Made by a program: the position numbers and the translations under genes | The notes under the pieces: generated by a model | Database searches by the model: none | Seen by the model: the letters and a program-made list of their open reading frames with translations, nothing else | What the model was told of the DNA's origin: nothing | Source of the DNA: Chiloscyllium plagiosum | Taxonomy: Eukaryota | DNA length: 62,769 bases | Direction: 5' to 3' | Assembly: GCF_004010195.1 (NCBI RefSeq) | Contig: NC_057711.1 | Span: forward strand, 133,071,335 to 133,134,103 | Shown: positions 24,614 to 38,660 of the stretch, piece by piece | Layout: every line of letters begins with the position of its first letter | How positions within the stretch are numbered: the first letter of the stretch is position 1

Positions 24614-24790
24614 AATCTTCTGCCTAGTTTCAATAATCGCACCTTGTAGATAAGAAATATCGATAGAAGCTTTGAAAAGTGATTTCTCATGCTGGCCACC
24701 ACAAAGATTGTATTCAAAGGGTATAAATAACAAATAACTAGATTTTGTTGGGAAAATAACGATGTCATTATGATAATGATGACTAGTGTG

Positions 24791-25203
24791 AAAATTGACC
24801 ATCAAGTTTAAGGAGTTAGGAGATACATTTTTATGAACTTGTCAGATTTGAACATTGGTTCCTCATTGTGACAAGTTAACAAGATTGATTAACAATCTTT
24901 TAACAACCTCATAAGGTTAATGAAATGCTAGTTAATAAATAATTGAACTTTCAGGAAGTTAATCCTTCTGAGAGAATTTATCAAAGTCAAAATTGACCAT
25001 CAAGTTTAAGGAGTTAGGAGATACATTTTTATGAACTTGTCAGATTTGAACATTGGTTCCTCATTGTGACAAGTTAACAAGATTGATTAATAGCAACAGT
25101 ATCCTTTTAACAACCTCATAAGGTTAATGAAATGCTAGTTAATAAATAATTGAATTTTCAGGAAGCTAATCCTTCTGAGAGAATTTATCAAAGTCAAAAT
25201 TGA
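24791..25203. repeat. Tandem duplication of ~200 bp of unique AT-rich sequence
   Basis: Copy 1 is 24791-24988 and copy 2 is 24989-25195; AAAATTGA occurs at all three boundaries. Confidence 0.95.
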
Positions 25204-25611
25204 AATCTAATTCCTTACTTTTCCTTTTCTGTCTTTTCTCTTTTAATCCAATCTTTCCTTCCTTTTCTTTATTCGTCTTTTGGTACTTGAATAATTGTAT
25301 TCCAACTTGCTTCTGTCATTATTCTTTTTTCTGTTTAGTTTCTCAATTCTTCAGAACATTGATTAAGTATATAGACTGATGTTCTCATTGTACACCAAAA
25401 CAAAAGGATTAGTGTGCCTTGCAGCACCATTATCACTTTCGATAAACTGCCACACAATTTTATTTAACAACAATGACATTTCATCGCACTTTTATCACAA
25501 TAAAACATCCCAAGCTGAATATTGAGATGAAATGTCTCACTGACAGGTGTGTCATGAACTCCTCCTAAAAATTGAAGACCATTGCAGCAAGTTGCAAATT
25601 CAAACATTGTT

Positions 25612-27326
25612 TTAATGAGAAATGGGTGAGTTCCTCAATAAATATTTCTCCTCTGTGTTTACAATGGAGAAAGACATGAAGACTAGTGAACTTGGGGAAA
25701 TTAGTGGTGATATTTCGGGGTCAGTCCATATCACAGTAGAGGAGGTGTTGGATGTATTAGAATATATGTAGGTGGATAAATCTTCTGGTCCTGACCAGAC
25801 ATATCCAAAAACACTGCAAGAGGCTAGAGAAGAAATTGCGGGGGCCCTGGCTGATGTTTTTGTACCATCACTAGCCACGGGTGAGGTTCTGGAAGACTGG
25901 AGGGTAGCGAATCTTGTGCCATTATTTAAGAAGGCCTGCAAAGAAAAGCCTGAGAAATATAGACCATTGAGTTTAACATCTGTGTTATGTAAGTTACTTG
26001 AGAAGATTCTGAGAAATAAGATCTACATGCATTTGGAAAGTCAGGATTTAATTATGAGTAGTCAGCATGGCTTTGTGAGTGAGAGATCATGCCTCACAAA
26101 TTTTTTTAGAGTTGTTTGATGAAGTGACCAAGAAGGTTGACAAGTGCAGGGCAGTAGACATAGTCTATATGGATTTTAGTAAGGCCTTTGATAAGGTTCC
26201 ACATGGTCGGCTGGTGTGGAAGGTTAGATAGCATGAAATTCAGGGGGATCTGGCAAATGGGATACAAAATTGGCATGATGGTGGGAAGCAGAGGGTAATT
26301 GTGGAAGGATGCTTGTCAAACTGGAGGCTTGTGATTAGTGAAATGTCTCAGTGGTCGGTACTGGACCCATTACTGTTTGTTATTGATATCAATGATTTGG
26401 ATAAGAATGCACAAGGCATGATTAGTAAGTTTGCTGATGATACTAAAATAGGAGGTATCATAGACAGTGAGGAACATTACCAGAAATTGCAGCAGAACAT
26501 TGATCAGCTGTGGAAGTGGGCCGAGGAAAGGGAAATGGCACTTAATATAGATAAGTGTGAGGTCTTGCATTTTGGAAAGTCATGAAAAGTTCCATGGTGA
26601 ATGGTAGGGCCTGAAGGAGTGTAGTGGAGCAGAGGGATCTTGGAGTTCAGATTCACAGTTCCCTGAAAGTGGAGTCCCAGGTAGACAAGGCAGTGAAGAA
26701 GGCTTTTGGCATATTGGCCTTCAACAGTCAGATATAGAAGTTGGGAAGTTATGTTGCAGTTATACAGAATGTTGGTGAGTTTTTGTTCAGTTTTGGTCAG
26801 TTTGCTATAGGAAGGATGTTATTAAACTGAAAAGAGTGCAGAAGAAATTTACAAGGATGTTGCCTGGAGTCAATGGTCTGAGCTATAGGGAGAGGTTGGA
26901 CAAGCTAGGACTTTTTTCGTTAGAGCGTAGGAGACTGAGGGGGATCTTAGAGAGGTGTATAAGATCATGAGAGGCAGGGATAGGGTGAATGCACTCAGTC
27001 TTTTTCCCAGGGTTGAGGAATCATGGACTAGAGGGCATCAGTTTAAGGTTAGTCGGGAAAGAATAAAAGGGAACCTGAGGGGAAAGCTTTTTTACACAGA
27101 GGGTATTACACATATAGAATGAGCTGCCAGTGGAAGTGGGTGAGGCGGGTATATTAACAACATTTAAAAGGCATTTGGATAAATACATGGATAGGAAAGG
27201 ATTAGAAGGACATGGGCCAAGTGCAGGGAAATGGGGTTATAGTGGATGGACATTTTAGTCAGCATGGACCTGTTTGGGCCAAAGGGCCTGTCTCCGTGCT
27301 GTAGGACCCTCTAACTCTATGACTCT
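25612..27326 (+). mobile_element. 5'-truncated CR1/HER1 LINE, ORF2 reverse transcriptase pseudogene
   Basis: DKSSGPD, YRPLSLTSV, QHGF, YMDFSKAFDKVPH, ISKFADDTKIGG and C-terminal motifs, with stops and frameshifts; CTATGACT tail. Confidence 0.95.
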
Positions 27327-28019
27327 AAATTGACAAATAATGTATTAAGATATGGGCATTAAGGGAGGCATTCAAATAACAGACTTAATGGGTGGGTCTT
27401 TGAGTCAAGAGAACCCATTTAGAAAAGGTGAATTTCACAATAGAGTGGTGAAGGTCTAGGGTGGCGAAGGAAACTAGCCTGCACCATTTCCAATCTGGCT
27501 GGGATAGGTTACACACAGCTTCTCTCAATTTTCATGGAGTCAGGCCAGGTTGTCCATGACTTGTAATTCACAAGATCTCAGGCATGAAGAACCAATGGTC
27601 TGGATTCAGAAAGTTTATTTCACCTCCATGGTCCCTATTAACATTCCATGTCAACACATACCAACCCATGCTCCCTACCCTTGCCTTCTAACTTCAATGG
27701 TCTCTCTACTCTCCAGGACAATTCGCATTGTTATTCAAAGAGTGTACTCTATGTACTGAACTAATGAATCCTGCAATAGCAACAGCATGTGTGAAATGTC
27801 CTGGAAGAAAACATCCATTTATTTGCATTTGGAAAATAAAACTAGTGTTTATCCAACCTTATAAATGTCAATCAAACAGATGAATTAAACAGCACCAACA
27901 GAAGCTTTAAGTACTTAACACCTCTTGAGCTGGGCTATCAGCCATGCTTGATGGGGTGTGAGTTGATGTGAGTTTGGCACGAAGCAGTGAAGTAGCAGGG
28001 CAATGGGTAGGGAGGACAA

Positions 28020-28295
28020 TAATTAGACTCCTTACAGTATGGAAACAGGCCCTTTGGCCCAACAAGTCCACACCGACCCTCCGAAGAGTAAACCACCCCA
28101 ACCCTATGTTTACCCCTGCCTAATGTACCTAGTACTACGGACAATTTAGCATCTTTTGGATTGTGGGGGGAGAATGTGTAAACTCCACACAGACAGTTGC
28201 CCGAGCCTGGAATCGAACCCAGGTCCCTGGTGCTCTGAGGCAACAGTGCTAACCACTGAGCTACCATGTTGCCCCACTAAGCTATCGTGTCGCCC
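28020..28295 (-). mobile_element. HE1 V-SINE with internal deletion and duplicated 5' tip
   Basis: A and B boxes (GGTTCGATTCC) and HER1-like tail. Confidence 0.9.
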
Positions 28296-29869
28296 CACGT
28301 GTGGGTGAGGAGTACAGGGCCGAAAACGAAAGCAAGCAACTGGGACAAGGTCCCACAGAACTGAACTGAAGCAAACCTTTTAACCAGCCATCCTCAGAAC
28401 TTGTGAATGCCTCCAGTCTGACTTTGGGATATCCTTTCCTCCTATCAACTTCAATTTTAAATTATCACATTTTTGTTATTTCTTTTCATTGTTTCATTTT
28501 CTCTCTCTCTGCAACTCATCCTGTCTTGCAACTGCCTCCACCCCATTCTCCACAAACTTTGTGCCCCTCACACTTGAATCTTGCCAGCATGTTGCCTTTC
28601 CTTTGAATTTAATTGAATTAGCTTTATTATCCCGTGTACTCAAATGACTACCTGTTGCTCCACTATTGGCAGTCTCTTCAGTCACCTAGTACCTCATTCT
28701 TTGTGGTGCTACCCATGATCAATTCCACTTCCCTCCTCTATCAAAAACTTCCTTAAACATACTCCCTCAATCAAGAATCTTCCACAACATATTCCTCAGA
28801 GTAATGTTCATGAACTATATCATAATGAAAATAATAAAATATCAAGCTGCTTCATGCTGTCATTATTAAGTAGGGAATTTTATTTTCTTACACTGCACAT
28901 TTAACTTGTGGTTTGATGTTGCATGGTTGGTATGTCAGCATACCTTAAAAAGACATGCTCAATAATGTATCCCAGTACATGACTTGAAGATATAAAGGAC
29001 TGAGATTCCATCTTATGTAGGTTCACTTGAAGCACAATGTGCTATTTGAATCATATGCTTCTGCTATAACCAAAAAAGCCTATAACTCACCCAGATATTT
29101 GTGGGTCTGTGAAGAAATATTTGAATGTAATATCTAGCTGTAGTAAATGCCAGTGGACCATTCAATGCAATGTTATCCACACCTAGTTTTTATGTTATGA
29201 GGAACAACATAAGCATTATTACAGCATCAGGTGAAGATATCTTCCTGGAGCCAATATCATGGTTAGCAGCAGTGACCATCTATAAAGAGGAAGTTCTATG
29301 ACCTCATTTGCAGATATTTAGAAAACTAATTGAAGATCAACTATACAACAACTTGGGACATCAAAACATTTGGATAATCAGAAGCATCAGCTTCCGTGAT
29401 ATCAGACAGCCACACAGATCTGAAGACCAGCCAGAAGACAGAAGCAATTTCTTTCTGATTAAAATCCAAGTCTTTTTCCAGATGTACAAAATGATTCTCT
29501 GATTGCTTGAATTAAAACTAATAGAAGTCTGAAGTTATAATCGGCTGAAAACAAAAGGCTCAAGCCTGTATATTACCTGGCTCTCCCTTCTTAAACGAAA
29601 GGAAATTAAAAACAAGAGCCTGCTGTTCCAATTTCTGAAAAAGAACACCAACTAGCTGCTGAGTGGTCCTCACATCACGGCTGCAGAACATATGCATTGG
29701 CACTTCAGGCGAAGATACCTCATTGCAGGCAGTACGTAGATAGCACTACATTTATGTTTAAGCACATTTACAATAATTCCTTTAAACTTAAGCATGGTCA
29801 GTAATGTCACACATGGAACATTGGCCCCAAATAGTTCAGAATTAGTGCATTACAGAAGAAGGCCATTTG

Positions 29870-30950
29870 GCCCATTGTACCCAATAGCATACAGCGCTGG
29901 CCCAATCATGAGTAAAAGAGCTGAATTCCAGAAGTGAGGTAAAAGTGACTGCAGTGGACATCATGACAGCAGAGTTTGACATAGTGAGTTTCAATAAAAT
30001 TGGAGTCAATGAGAATCGCTGGGAAACTCTTCATTGGTTGGAGTCACTTTTTAAAAAATTTAACCTATTTTTCTAATCAACTTGCTCAGAGATGTTATTA
30101 ATGACCTCTAGAGCAGGTGGGATTTGAACTGAGCCTCCCAATTGCAGGGGGTAGGGATACTCCCACTGCACACATGAGATGTCCACTGGTTGGAGTCATA
30201 CCAAACACAAAGGAGAAAGTGAGGACTGCAGGTGCTGGAGATCAGAGCCGCAGAAAAGCACAGACGGTCAGGCAACATCTGAGGAGCAGGAGAAATGACA
30301 TTTCAAGCATTCCTGAAGAGCTTATGCTCGAAATGTCGACTCTCCTGCTCCTTGGATGCTGCCTGATTGGCTGTGCTTTTCCAGCACCACACTCTTCAAC
30401 CCTAATACAAAGGAAGATGATTGTGCTTGTAGGAGGCCAATAGATTCAGCCACAGGATTTCATTGTGGGAGTTACTCAGGGTAATGTTCTAGGCTGATGC
30501 ATCATTAACCGTTCCTCCATCATAAGGTCTGAGACAGAGGGGGCTACACATGATTGCGACTTTCAGTCACATTCATGAGTCAATGTATTCACTTTAGCAC
30601 AAGAGCTGGACAAAAGCTTGGTTTGGTTAGAAGCTTGCAACATTCCCATCACACAAGTGACAAGCAATGGTAATTTCCAATGAAGGAGAATCCAACCACC
30701 TCTTTTTGACATTTAATTACATTAGTGTTACCAAATCCTTCAGCAACAACTTCCTGGGAGTCACAACTGACCAGAAACCTCACTGGAGAAGTCACATAAA
30801 TACTGTCTTTACTAAAGCAAGCTTGAAGCTGGCTATTCCACAGTGAGAAACTTGCTTCATGAGTTCTCAAATCCTTTTCTTCATCTACAAGACAGTCAAG
30901 AGTATGATGAAAATTCACAGCTCCGGATGATAGCTCCTTTGCTTTACAGT
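29870..30950 (+). mobile_element. Decayed LINE RT region (L2/CR1-like family), with a nested small tRNA-SINE (~30070-30185) and a PLE fold-back (~30205-30400)
   Basis: GAGCTGAATTC...GACATC...TTTGAC and GGAGTTACTCAGGGTAATGTTCTAGG (GVPQGSVLG-like). Related pieces are at 36080-36580, 51020-51370 and 54090-54430. Confidence 0.7.
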
Positions 30951-32039
30951 GAGAATCTGACTGCAATTTCTACATTTTAAATTGAAAATAGGTTTTCAAA
31001 CACCTTCTCCCTTACATCCTTACATCTTAGCTGTTTTTGAGCTGGAAGATCTCTGATTGACTCTCCAGCATCAAGATTGACTCTGATTGACTCTCCAGCA
31101 TCTCCTACCAACCCAACCTTAATTGGCAACACAGGAACAGGAGGTGTCCATTCAGCCCCTAGAGCCTGTTCCACCATTCAATGAGATCATAGCTGATCTG
31201 TGGCCTAACATAATATACCTGGCTTTGGCCCACATCCTTTAATACCTTTGCTCAACAAACAATTTATCCATCTCAGATTGTTGAACCCACCTCTTGCCAT
31301 CAATTGGTTGCTGTGAGTAAATCACTTTGTTTGATAGTTCTGCACATCTGACACCCATTGGAGCCTGACAACTGGGTTCAGAGGCCCATTGGGATAGTCT
31401 ATTCCTGAACTTATTGAGCAAAGCTGACTGTAAGGCCCTTACTGTGGTGAGCCTTGGATATTGCCTTTGGGCATTTATCACAACAAATTGATTTCACGTC
31501 CACTCCATGTCACAACCCAATTTCTTCTCCAATACTATCTCAAAGCTGGTGAGGTGGTACAACAATTCCAGCAAATTATCTTACAAAATGGTCAAGCATG
31601 AGTTTGTATTTAAATCCTTCATGTATTAAATTCTTGATCTCTATGGTTGTTGTCATAGGAGGAAGCAAACAGTAAGGCAATTATTTCTTCACAGCATAAC
31701 ATTCATAAAAGGGAAATTTCTTGGGTTAAGACCATAAGAAATAGGAACAGGAGTAGGCCATTCAGCCCCTCGAGTCTGCTCTGTCATTCAATAGAATCAT
31801 GGTTGGTCCAATGATTTACAAACGTGGCTGGCTGTTTTGACTATTTGATCTTTCAACTGCAGATAGTGCTTGGAAAGGAAGGGAAAGGAAGGAAGAAAAC
31901 AAATCTGCATTCGCATGAAAAAATCTTCATGTAATGCGATTATTGCACAATGGGTAAACATAGTGCAACTCTTTCAAAAACATATTTAAAGAGGGACATT
32001 TTATGATCATGTTACTTTAGGAGCAGGGAATAGCAAAGC

Positions 32040-32645
32040 TGAAAGAAAAATTTTCCAATTCACTCATGTTATCAACATATCCCAAAAATATTTAATGGCC
32101 AATGATCACCTCTAAAGGACAGTCACTAATATAACAAAGGGAAACACAGCAATTAAATAAATGTATCAAGTCGGCCTTCTTCAGAACTGAATAAGAGTCA
32201 CTCTGGACTTGAAATACTAATACTGTTCCCCTCTTCACACATGCTGCCAAACATGCTGAATTTTTTCATCGTACTGGTTTTAATTTCAGATTTGCAGCAT
32301 CAGGAGAATTTTCCTTTTATGAGAACATCAACAGGTGTCACAGCATGATCCTGTAATGTTAGTGCAACACTGAGCAGCAAATGGATATCAGTGATGTTGG
32401 TTGAGAGGTGAATGTGGCTCAGACTGTTGGGATAACACTACTCTTTTTCCATACAATGTAACAGAAAGTTGCTTGCCTACAGGAGAGACCACATGTGCTT
32501 TGGCTTAACTTCTTACCTGGAAGACAGCAAATCCAAATGTTCAATGCTCCCTTGGTATTATACCAGGGTGGCAACCTAAACTGTATGGTAAAAACTCTGA
32601 AAAGGTTTGAAACTCTTGGACTGAAGAGAGGAGAGTGCTACTGCT
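32040..32645 (-). mobile_element. Old DeuSINE (SacSINE1-like) relic with a PLE fragment (~32170-32320) inside
   Basis: Reverse complement resembles the recalled SacSINE1 layout: AGCACTCTC head, GCTGTCTTCCAGGTAAGAAGTTAAGCC Deu-like core, CTCTCAACCAACATCACT and AGTGACT tail. Highly diverged. Confidence 0.55.
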
Positions 32646-33689
32646 CTAACTATAAACTGAAACCATGGCAAAAACTTCAACATCAATGACTTTCAAGTAC
32701 TATTTCTGACCTGAAGTTATGAACTTTTTTGTGGTAATCAATTTTCAATCTTCATAGGTTAAAAAAAATGGTTACCAATGTGGAGTGAGATTTATTTCAC
32801 ATGTAGAATCAATAATCACATGTGATCCCAATTCAATGTGATATTTTGCTGCCTTAGCTTTATGTGTATACACTATCTAAAGGCAAACAGTATTGATATT
32901 CTTCAGATCAGGTTTCAGTACTGTCTCTGATGTCCGTGAAACTGAAAACATGAAGGATTGTGTGTCAAGTAGATGCCATTTGACTTCAATTAGAAGCAGA
33001 GAGTACAAAGTTGGCCAATTCTATCAGTCAAAGTCCCACACAGCCCTATTATTAGACAGAGGTCAATGGGAGATGCTGTCTATATAACTTGACAGGCAAC
33101 TTTATACTCAAGACCATATTAAACCGTCTGACAACTTAATTACATACATGAACAAACTTGGAAAAATGAAGAGTTTTGCAATACTATGTTAGACTAACAC
33201 TTGCAAAGCTATAGAAATAAGTCTGAGCTTCAAAGCAAACCTCAGTTTCATATTTTCCCTCCAAAAACTTTGAAGGCTGCAAGTTAGTTCATAATTTATT
33301 ATTCTTTTCATCACTGCAGTTAAAGGCCTGCCACAGTTTAATCATTCAGTCAACAACACATTTGTAATGGTATGACCAAGCTGTCTGTAGTAGACATGAG
33401 TTCAAAGGAGAAACCTGTCATATATATGTCTAGGTTCGATATGAGCCATACTGGTGAACATAAGACCAGAAATGGCAGGCTTGATACAATATGACTTTTA
33501 TTCCATGGACAGGTTAAGTCGCATGTTGTGGCATTATAAGTCATTACCATGGATTTCAAGAAAGTAGATCCTGGACTTAAAGGGTTGAATAACTTCTTTT
33601 TTTGCCTTTGCCCTTTAGGATTATTTCAATTAATAAGTATTAAATGAAATAAGAGTTAACTTGGCTATGATTCCTTGAAAAAATAATTC

Positions 33690-33905
33690 CATTTATAAGG
33701 TACTTTTCACAGCCACTGAGTGCTTCAAAGCATTTTGCAGTCAACAAAGTGCTTAAAAGTTTAGTCACTGTTGTAGTGCAGCAAATTTATGTTCAGAAGA
33801 TTCCCACAAAGTTGCCCATTGTCATTGGGAAACATATGCCACAGATTGTGATAACTGGAGGTGCAATATCAGGATTGCTACAGAGAGCCTCTGCTTTGAA
33901 CTTGT
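33690..33905 (-). mobile_element. 3' part of a second DeuSINE-like relic
   Basis: CAAAGCATTTTGCAGTCAA...AGTCACTGTTGTA...AGATTCCCACAAA matches the same tail. Confidence 0.5.
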
Positions 33906-33908
33906 GAT

Positions 33909-34066
33909 CAGCAGGAGAGTCAACGTTTTGAACATAAGCTCTTCATCAGGAATGTGGTCAAGACATCGATTCTCCTGCTTCTCAGATGCTGCTTGACTGG
34001 CTGTGCTTTTCCAGCACCACACTTTTTGACTCTGACCTCCAGCATCTGCAGTCTTCATTTTCTCTC
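33909..34066. mobile_element. Fold-back PLE terminal repeat with mutated hammerhead
   Basis: Minus strand ATTC-CTGATGA-A-GAGC-TTAT-GTTC-AAAA-CGTT; standard family 3' end. Confidence 0.8.
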
Positions 34067-34252
34067 CATTGTGCTTGCATTGCCAAGACATACCAGGCTA
34101 TGGGCCAACTGCTAGAAATGGAATTAGAATAATGAGGTGGTTGCATTGATTGGTTTGGACATGATGGGCCGAAGGGTCTTTTTCTGTGTTGTGAATCTCT
34201 AGGACTCTATGTTCTTTGAGACTGAGCAAAAAGCCAAATTGTGAGAGAAAAG

Positions 34253-34550
34253 GATCATAGCATCCCTACAGGGGGAAACAGGCCATTCGGCCCACCAAGT
34301 ATATGCCAACCCTCCAATCAGCATCCCACCCAGACTCACCCCATCCCTTTAATCCTGAATTTCCCATGGTTAATCCACTCAATCTGCATATCTATGGACT
34401 GTGAGAGGAAGCCAGACCACTCAGAGGAAACCCCTGCAGACATGGGGAAGAAAGTGGAAACTCCACACAGACGGATGCCCAAGGGTGGATTCAAACACAG
34501 GTCCCTGGTGCTGTGAGACAGCAGTGCTAACCACTGAGCCACCATTGTCC
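34253..34550 (-). mobile_element. HE1 V-SINE
   Basis: A and B boxes, V-core and tail. Confidence 0.85.
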
Positions 34551-35060
34551 CAATAGTGACTGCGCCTTCACCTGTATCAACTGTAGGAGGATTTACTGAT
34601 TACATAAAAGTATGAGCGCAATTTACCATTGAGCTTACAAGCAATGAGTGTAACTTTCCTAAACTCTACATCCATGAAGAACTGCCAAGAGAGAAAGTCC
34701 GATTGAAGTTTTCATGCACAAGCAGATCATTTAAACAATTTGACATGTGGTTACATCACTAACCCATTCTTAACATTCCTTCCTTTCAGTTTTCATCTTT
34801 TGCAACTGAATTTTTTAAAGAATGCAGAGGTAGTAATGATAAAATTCACTCTCAAATGATAGGCTGTTAAAATAAAATGATTTTCATTTTGAGATTAATG
34901 ACAACTCAGATTACAGGAGATAAAACAACATTTCCAACCATCTTTACAAAGTACTGCAGTGAGAATGGTGGGACAGTCCATACAAACCTAGTTTCCTGCT
35001 GTACTCTACTTTAAAACTAGAACAACAAAAAAAACATATTCTCTACTTTGGCAAACTTTA

Positions 35061-35387
35061 GATTAGATTCCCTATAGTATGGAACCAGGTCCTTTGCCGC
35101 AACATGTCCACACTGACCCTCTGAAGAGTAACCCACCCAGACCCATTCCCCTACCCTATATTTACCCCTGACTAATAAACTATCACTATGGGCAATTTAG
35201 CATGACCAATCCATCTTATCTGCACATCTTTGGATTGTGGGAGGAAACCGGGTCACCCAGAGGAAACCCGCACAGACACGGGGAGAATGTGCAAACTCCA
35301 CACATACAGTTGCCTGAGTCAGGAATCAAACCCAGGTCCCTGGTGTTGTGAGGTAGCAGTGCTAATCACTGAGCCACTGGACCGCCC
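35061..35387 (-). mobile_element. Full-length HE1 V-SINE with TSD
   Basis: TSD CAAACTTTA at 35052-35060 and 35388-35396. Confidence 0.92.
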
Positions 35388-35439
35388 CAAACTTTAACAA
35401 ACTGCAAATACGTTGGGCAACAAACCAGTTATTTGAGAA

Positions 35440-36580
35440 TCCCATCACAAGAAGATGGGAGGATTTGACATCAATAAAATCGGGAACTAAAGTCTCATGC
35501 TGACTGAGTAAAATTGTCTATTTTCATAAAACTTCCAACTGGTTCACTAATATTCTTTAGGGAAGGAAAACTATCCTCCTTATCTAGCCTGGCCTGCATG
35601 TGAATCCAAACCCACAACCATGCGGTTGACTTATAATTGTGCTCTGAAATTGCCGATCAAGTAATTACATAGAACTTAAAGCTATGCCCCCTCGTAATAG
35701 CTGACTCCATACGTGGAAAAAGGTTCTCATGGTCAACCCTATCTAAACCCCTAATCATCTTGTACACCTCTATCAAGTCACCTCTAAACCTTCTTTTCTC
35801 CAATGAAAACAGCCCCAAGTGCCTCAACCTTTCCTCATACGATCTTCATACCATACCAGGCAACAATTCAGTTGCATCAACTTCTGAAGAAGGGTTAGAC
35901 CCAAAACATTGACTTCTCCACCTCCTGATGCTGCCTGGCTTGCTGTGTTCTTTCTGTTTGTCTACTTTGGATTCCAACATCTGCAGTTATTTTGGTCTCA
36001 CAGCAACTACTATGATGTCTCAATAATAAAGGAACGAAACCAGACAGAACACCTTGCGTCGAGTCAGACGCCAGAAATGACAATGGTCAACTCAGCAAAG
36101 GCATAGAGTGAATTTTGGCCAGGGGAGCTCAAAGTCCATCACCACATGTGGCTTGACATCATGCTTGCTTGATTGGCACAATATCGATAGGCATTCACCA
36201 CATCCACAATTGACACTCAGAAGTGTGAATATGCACCATCTACAAGATGCGCTGTAGAAATTCACCAAGGTCCCTTTAGACAGCAAACCCCATGACCACT
36301 ACCATCTGGAAGGAAAAAGGCAATAGATAAATGGGAATATCACCACCTGGACATACCCCTCGAAGCAAATCACCATCTTGACATGGAAATATATCACCGT
36401 TTCTTCAGTGTCGCTGGGTCAAAATCCTGGAATTTCTCCCGAAGGGCATTGTGGGTCAACCTACAGCATATGGACTGTAGCTGTTCAAGAAAGCGACTCA
36501 TCCCCACCTTCTCAACAGCAACTAGGGCCAGGCAATAAATGCTGGCCCAGCCAGTGATGCCCAGATCCCCTGAGGGAAAG
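35440..36580. mobile_element. Cluster: partial tRNA-SINE (~35440-35660, +), CR1 fragment (~35690-35865, -), PLE 3' repeat (~35878-35998, +), LINE 3' end (~36080-36580, +)
   Basis: By-eye similarity to other copies in the window; the LINE ends with GGCAATAAATGCTGGCCCAGCCAGTGATGCCCA. Confidence 0.7.
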
Positions 36581-38282
36581 TAAAAGAAAACTTAACTCAT
36601 TTAACATACTTTCTGATGTGGATGTGAGAAATAACCAATTGATTTCCAACTGGAAATGAGAAGGCAATTGTATTAAAGCAGTCACTTTTTTCTCCAAAGT
36701 AGATTTTGCCATTCTTTTGCACAAACAGGGCCTTGAACTAATACAATTAGCCTGTGAAATTTTGAGATCTTGATTCCTCTCCCTGTTACAGGTAAATGAG
36801 TTAATGCCTTGACTGAAATAATGGAAAGGAAATTTCATACAATTCGAACAAATTTTTGGCATTGTTGTCCAAAGGTGAAATTTCAGTGCTGGCTGTGACA
36901 GCATAAGTCACTTTGTAATGACATCAAGGCCATTACCTGAGGTCTGGTGACCCTCAGATTAAATCACCACCAGTTTCTTCTCTCTAGTAAGAGAGCAGCT
37001 CCTGTGGTCTGGTAAGATTATGATGACAACACGTAAGGCCATCTCAAAACAGAATTGAATCATAATAAATCTACTTTGGCACTCTTGCAGAATTTGCAAT
37101 AAAAAAAGAATTTGCAGATTTTAAACAATACCTTTGCCTAAAATAAAGGTGATTTTGCTTGAATAGTTTGTTCAGACATAATAATCTAAAACAAAAAAAA
37201 AGTGATGGCAGAACAAAAACATTTAAGATGTATCTTCCGTTTCCATGAAAAGATGGATTTGGATATGTATGTTGGATTGTTAGCCTGGTCACAGAGAACA
37301 AGCAGTTTTAATATCTTTTACTGATTCCCCCAAACCAGGAGTTTTCTTAATCAACAATGCAGATCCCAACAGAATAATTTTATTTGTTCAGTAATGTTTT
37401 GTTAAGATTTTATTTGTGTTGTGGTTAAAAAATTAAATTACATGCTGAAGGTTTCATTTTATCCTAAAGCTGGTATGTGCTACTTGTATTTGTGCAATTG
37501 CATACAAATTCAAACCATACAGGACCACATAAAATGTAATTTCCTGACTGCTTTCATTTCCTGTTTTCCCGGCTCTCTCTTAATGAGTCTCAAATAAAAG
37601 GATTATACCTATTTACATTACATGACTTGTGCTCAGAATATAAAGTGGAGACATTCTGAGCCCTTTAACAAGCTCAACATTTGATGCCAAATCAACGTAC
37701 AGCAAAATGCATCAGAAATTGTTTCAATCTATGCCCGCTTGATTTTTCCTTGCTTTCATAATTTCAGCCTGCTTCACTGCTGATTACAACGGCATTAAAA
37801 TTGAGTCTGGTTTTGATAAAGGCAGGCTGGTTTGATCTTTCCATATCTCTGCTGTACATTTTGTTAAGGTGCTAACTTTTCTGTTGTCAGCCTTCACTTA
37901 AAGCCACTTTTCTTCACTAACAATGTCAAATGTAAAAAGTGTACAGACTGGGCAGAGTGCTGTGAATATGAATACTCGAACGTTTCAAATATTTGTAAAT
38001 TAACTTTGAAATGCTGACATAGTGGATTCTTGTTATGTCACAGTACAAGAGACAAAAAAAATAGACAATGGGTCAAACTCCTAACTCTCTGCATATCTGT
38101 GGATGAAATGTTGCAGTCAAACAGGTCAGACATAAACCCATATACCATGTTTGGAAAGACGAATCTGCATCAGCTAAGATAGGCAGACATACAGCATGCC
38201 TTACAGTTATACTTCCATCATCGAAAGGAAAAATTTGGGCTTTGGAGTAATTCCACGGATTTATATCACTTAGAGCCTAGGA

Positions 38283-38660
38283 GCAGATTACTGCAGATGC
38301 TGGAATCTGCCAATGCTGGAGATCACAGTGGGTCAGGCAGCATCCATGGAGAGAGAGCAAGCTAATGTTTCGAGTCTAGGTGACTCTCCATCAGAGCTGA
38401 TATGAAGCATGGCGTGGGCAGCATTTATACAATATTGGGATGGGGTGGAGGTGGTGATGGGAGGGAGATTTGGAGTGCTGAGATAGAGAGAATGGAATCT
38501 GAATTACCAACATCCTTTCTCTCCCAATATTCCAACCCCAACCCTCCACACTGTTGCACCAATCCTGTCCCCTCCCCTTCAGCTCTGATGAAGAGTCATC
38601 TAGACTCGGAACATTAACTTGCTCTCTCACCATGGATGCTGCCTGACCCGCTGTGATCTA
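38283..38660. mobile_element. Head-to-head PLE terminal repeats, each with a hammerhead-like motif (38360-38398 on -, 38581-38619 on +)
   Basis: AGCT-CTGATG(G/A)-A-GAGTC-A(C/T)CTA-GACTC-G(A/G)AA-CATT-A(G/A)CT in both orientations. Confidence 0.8.
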
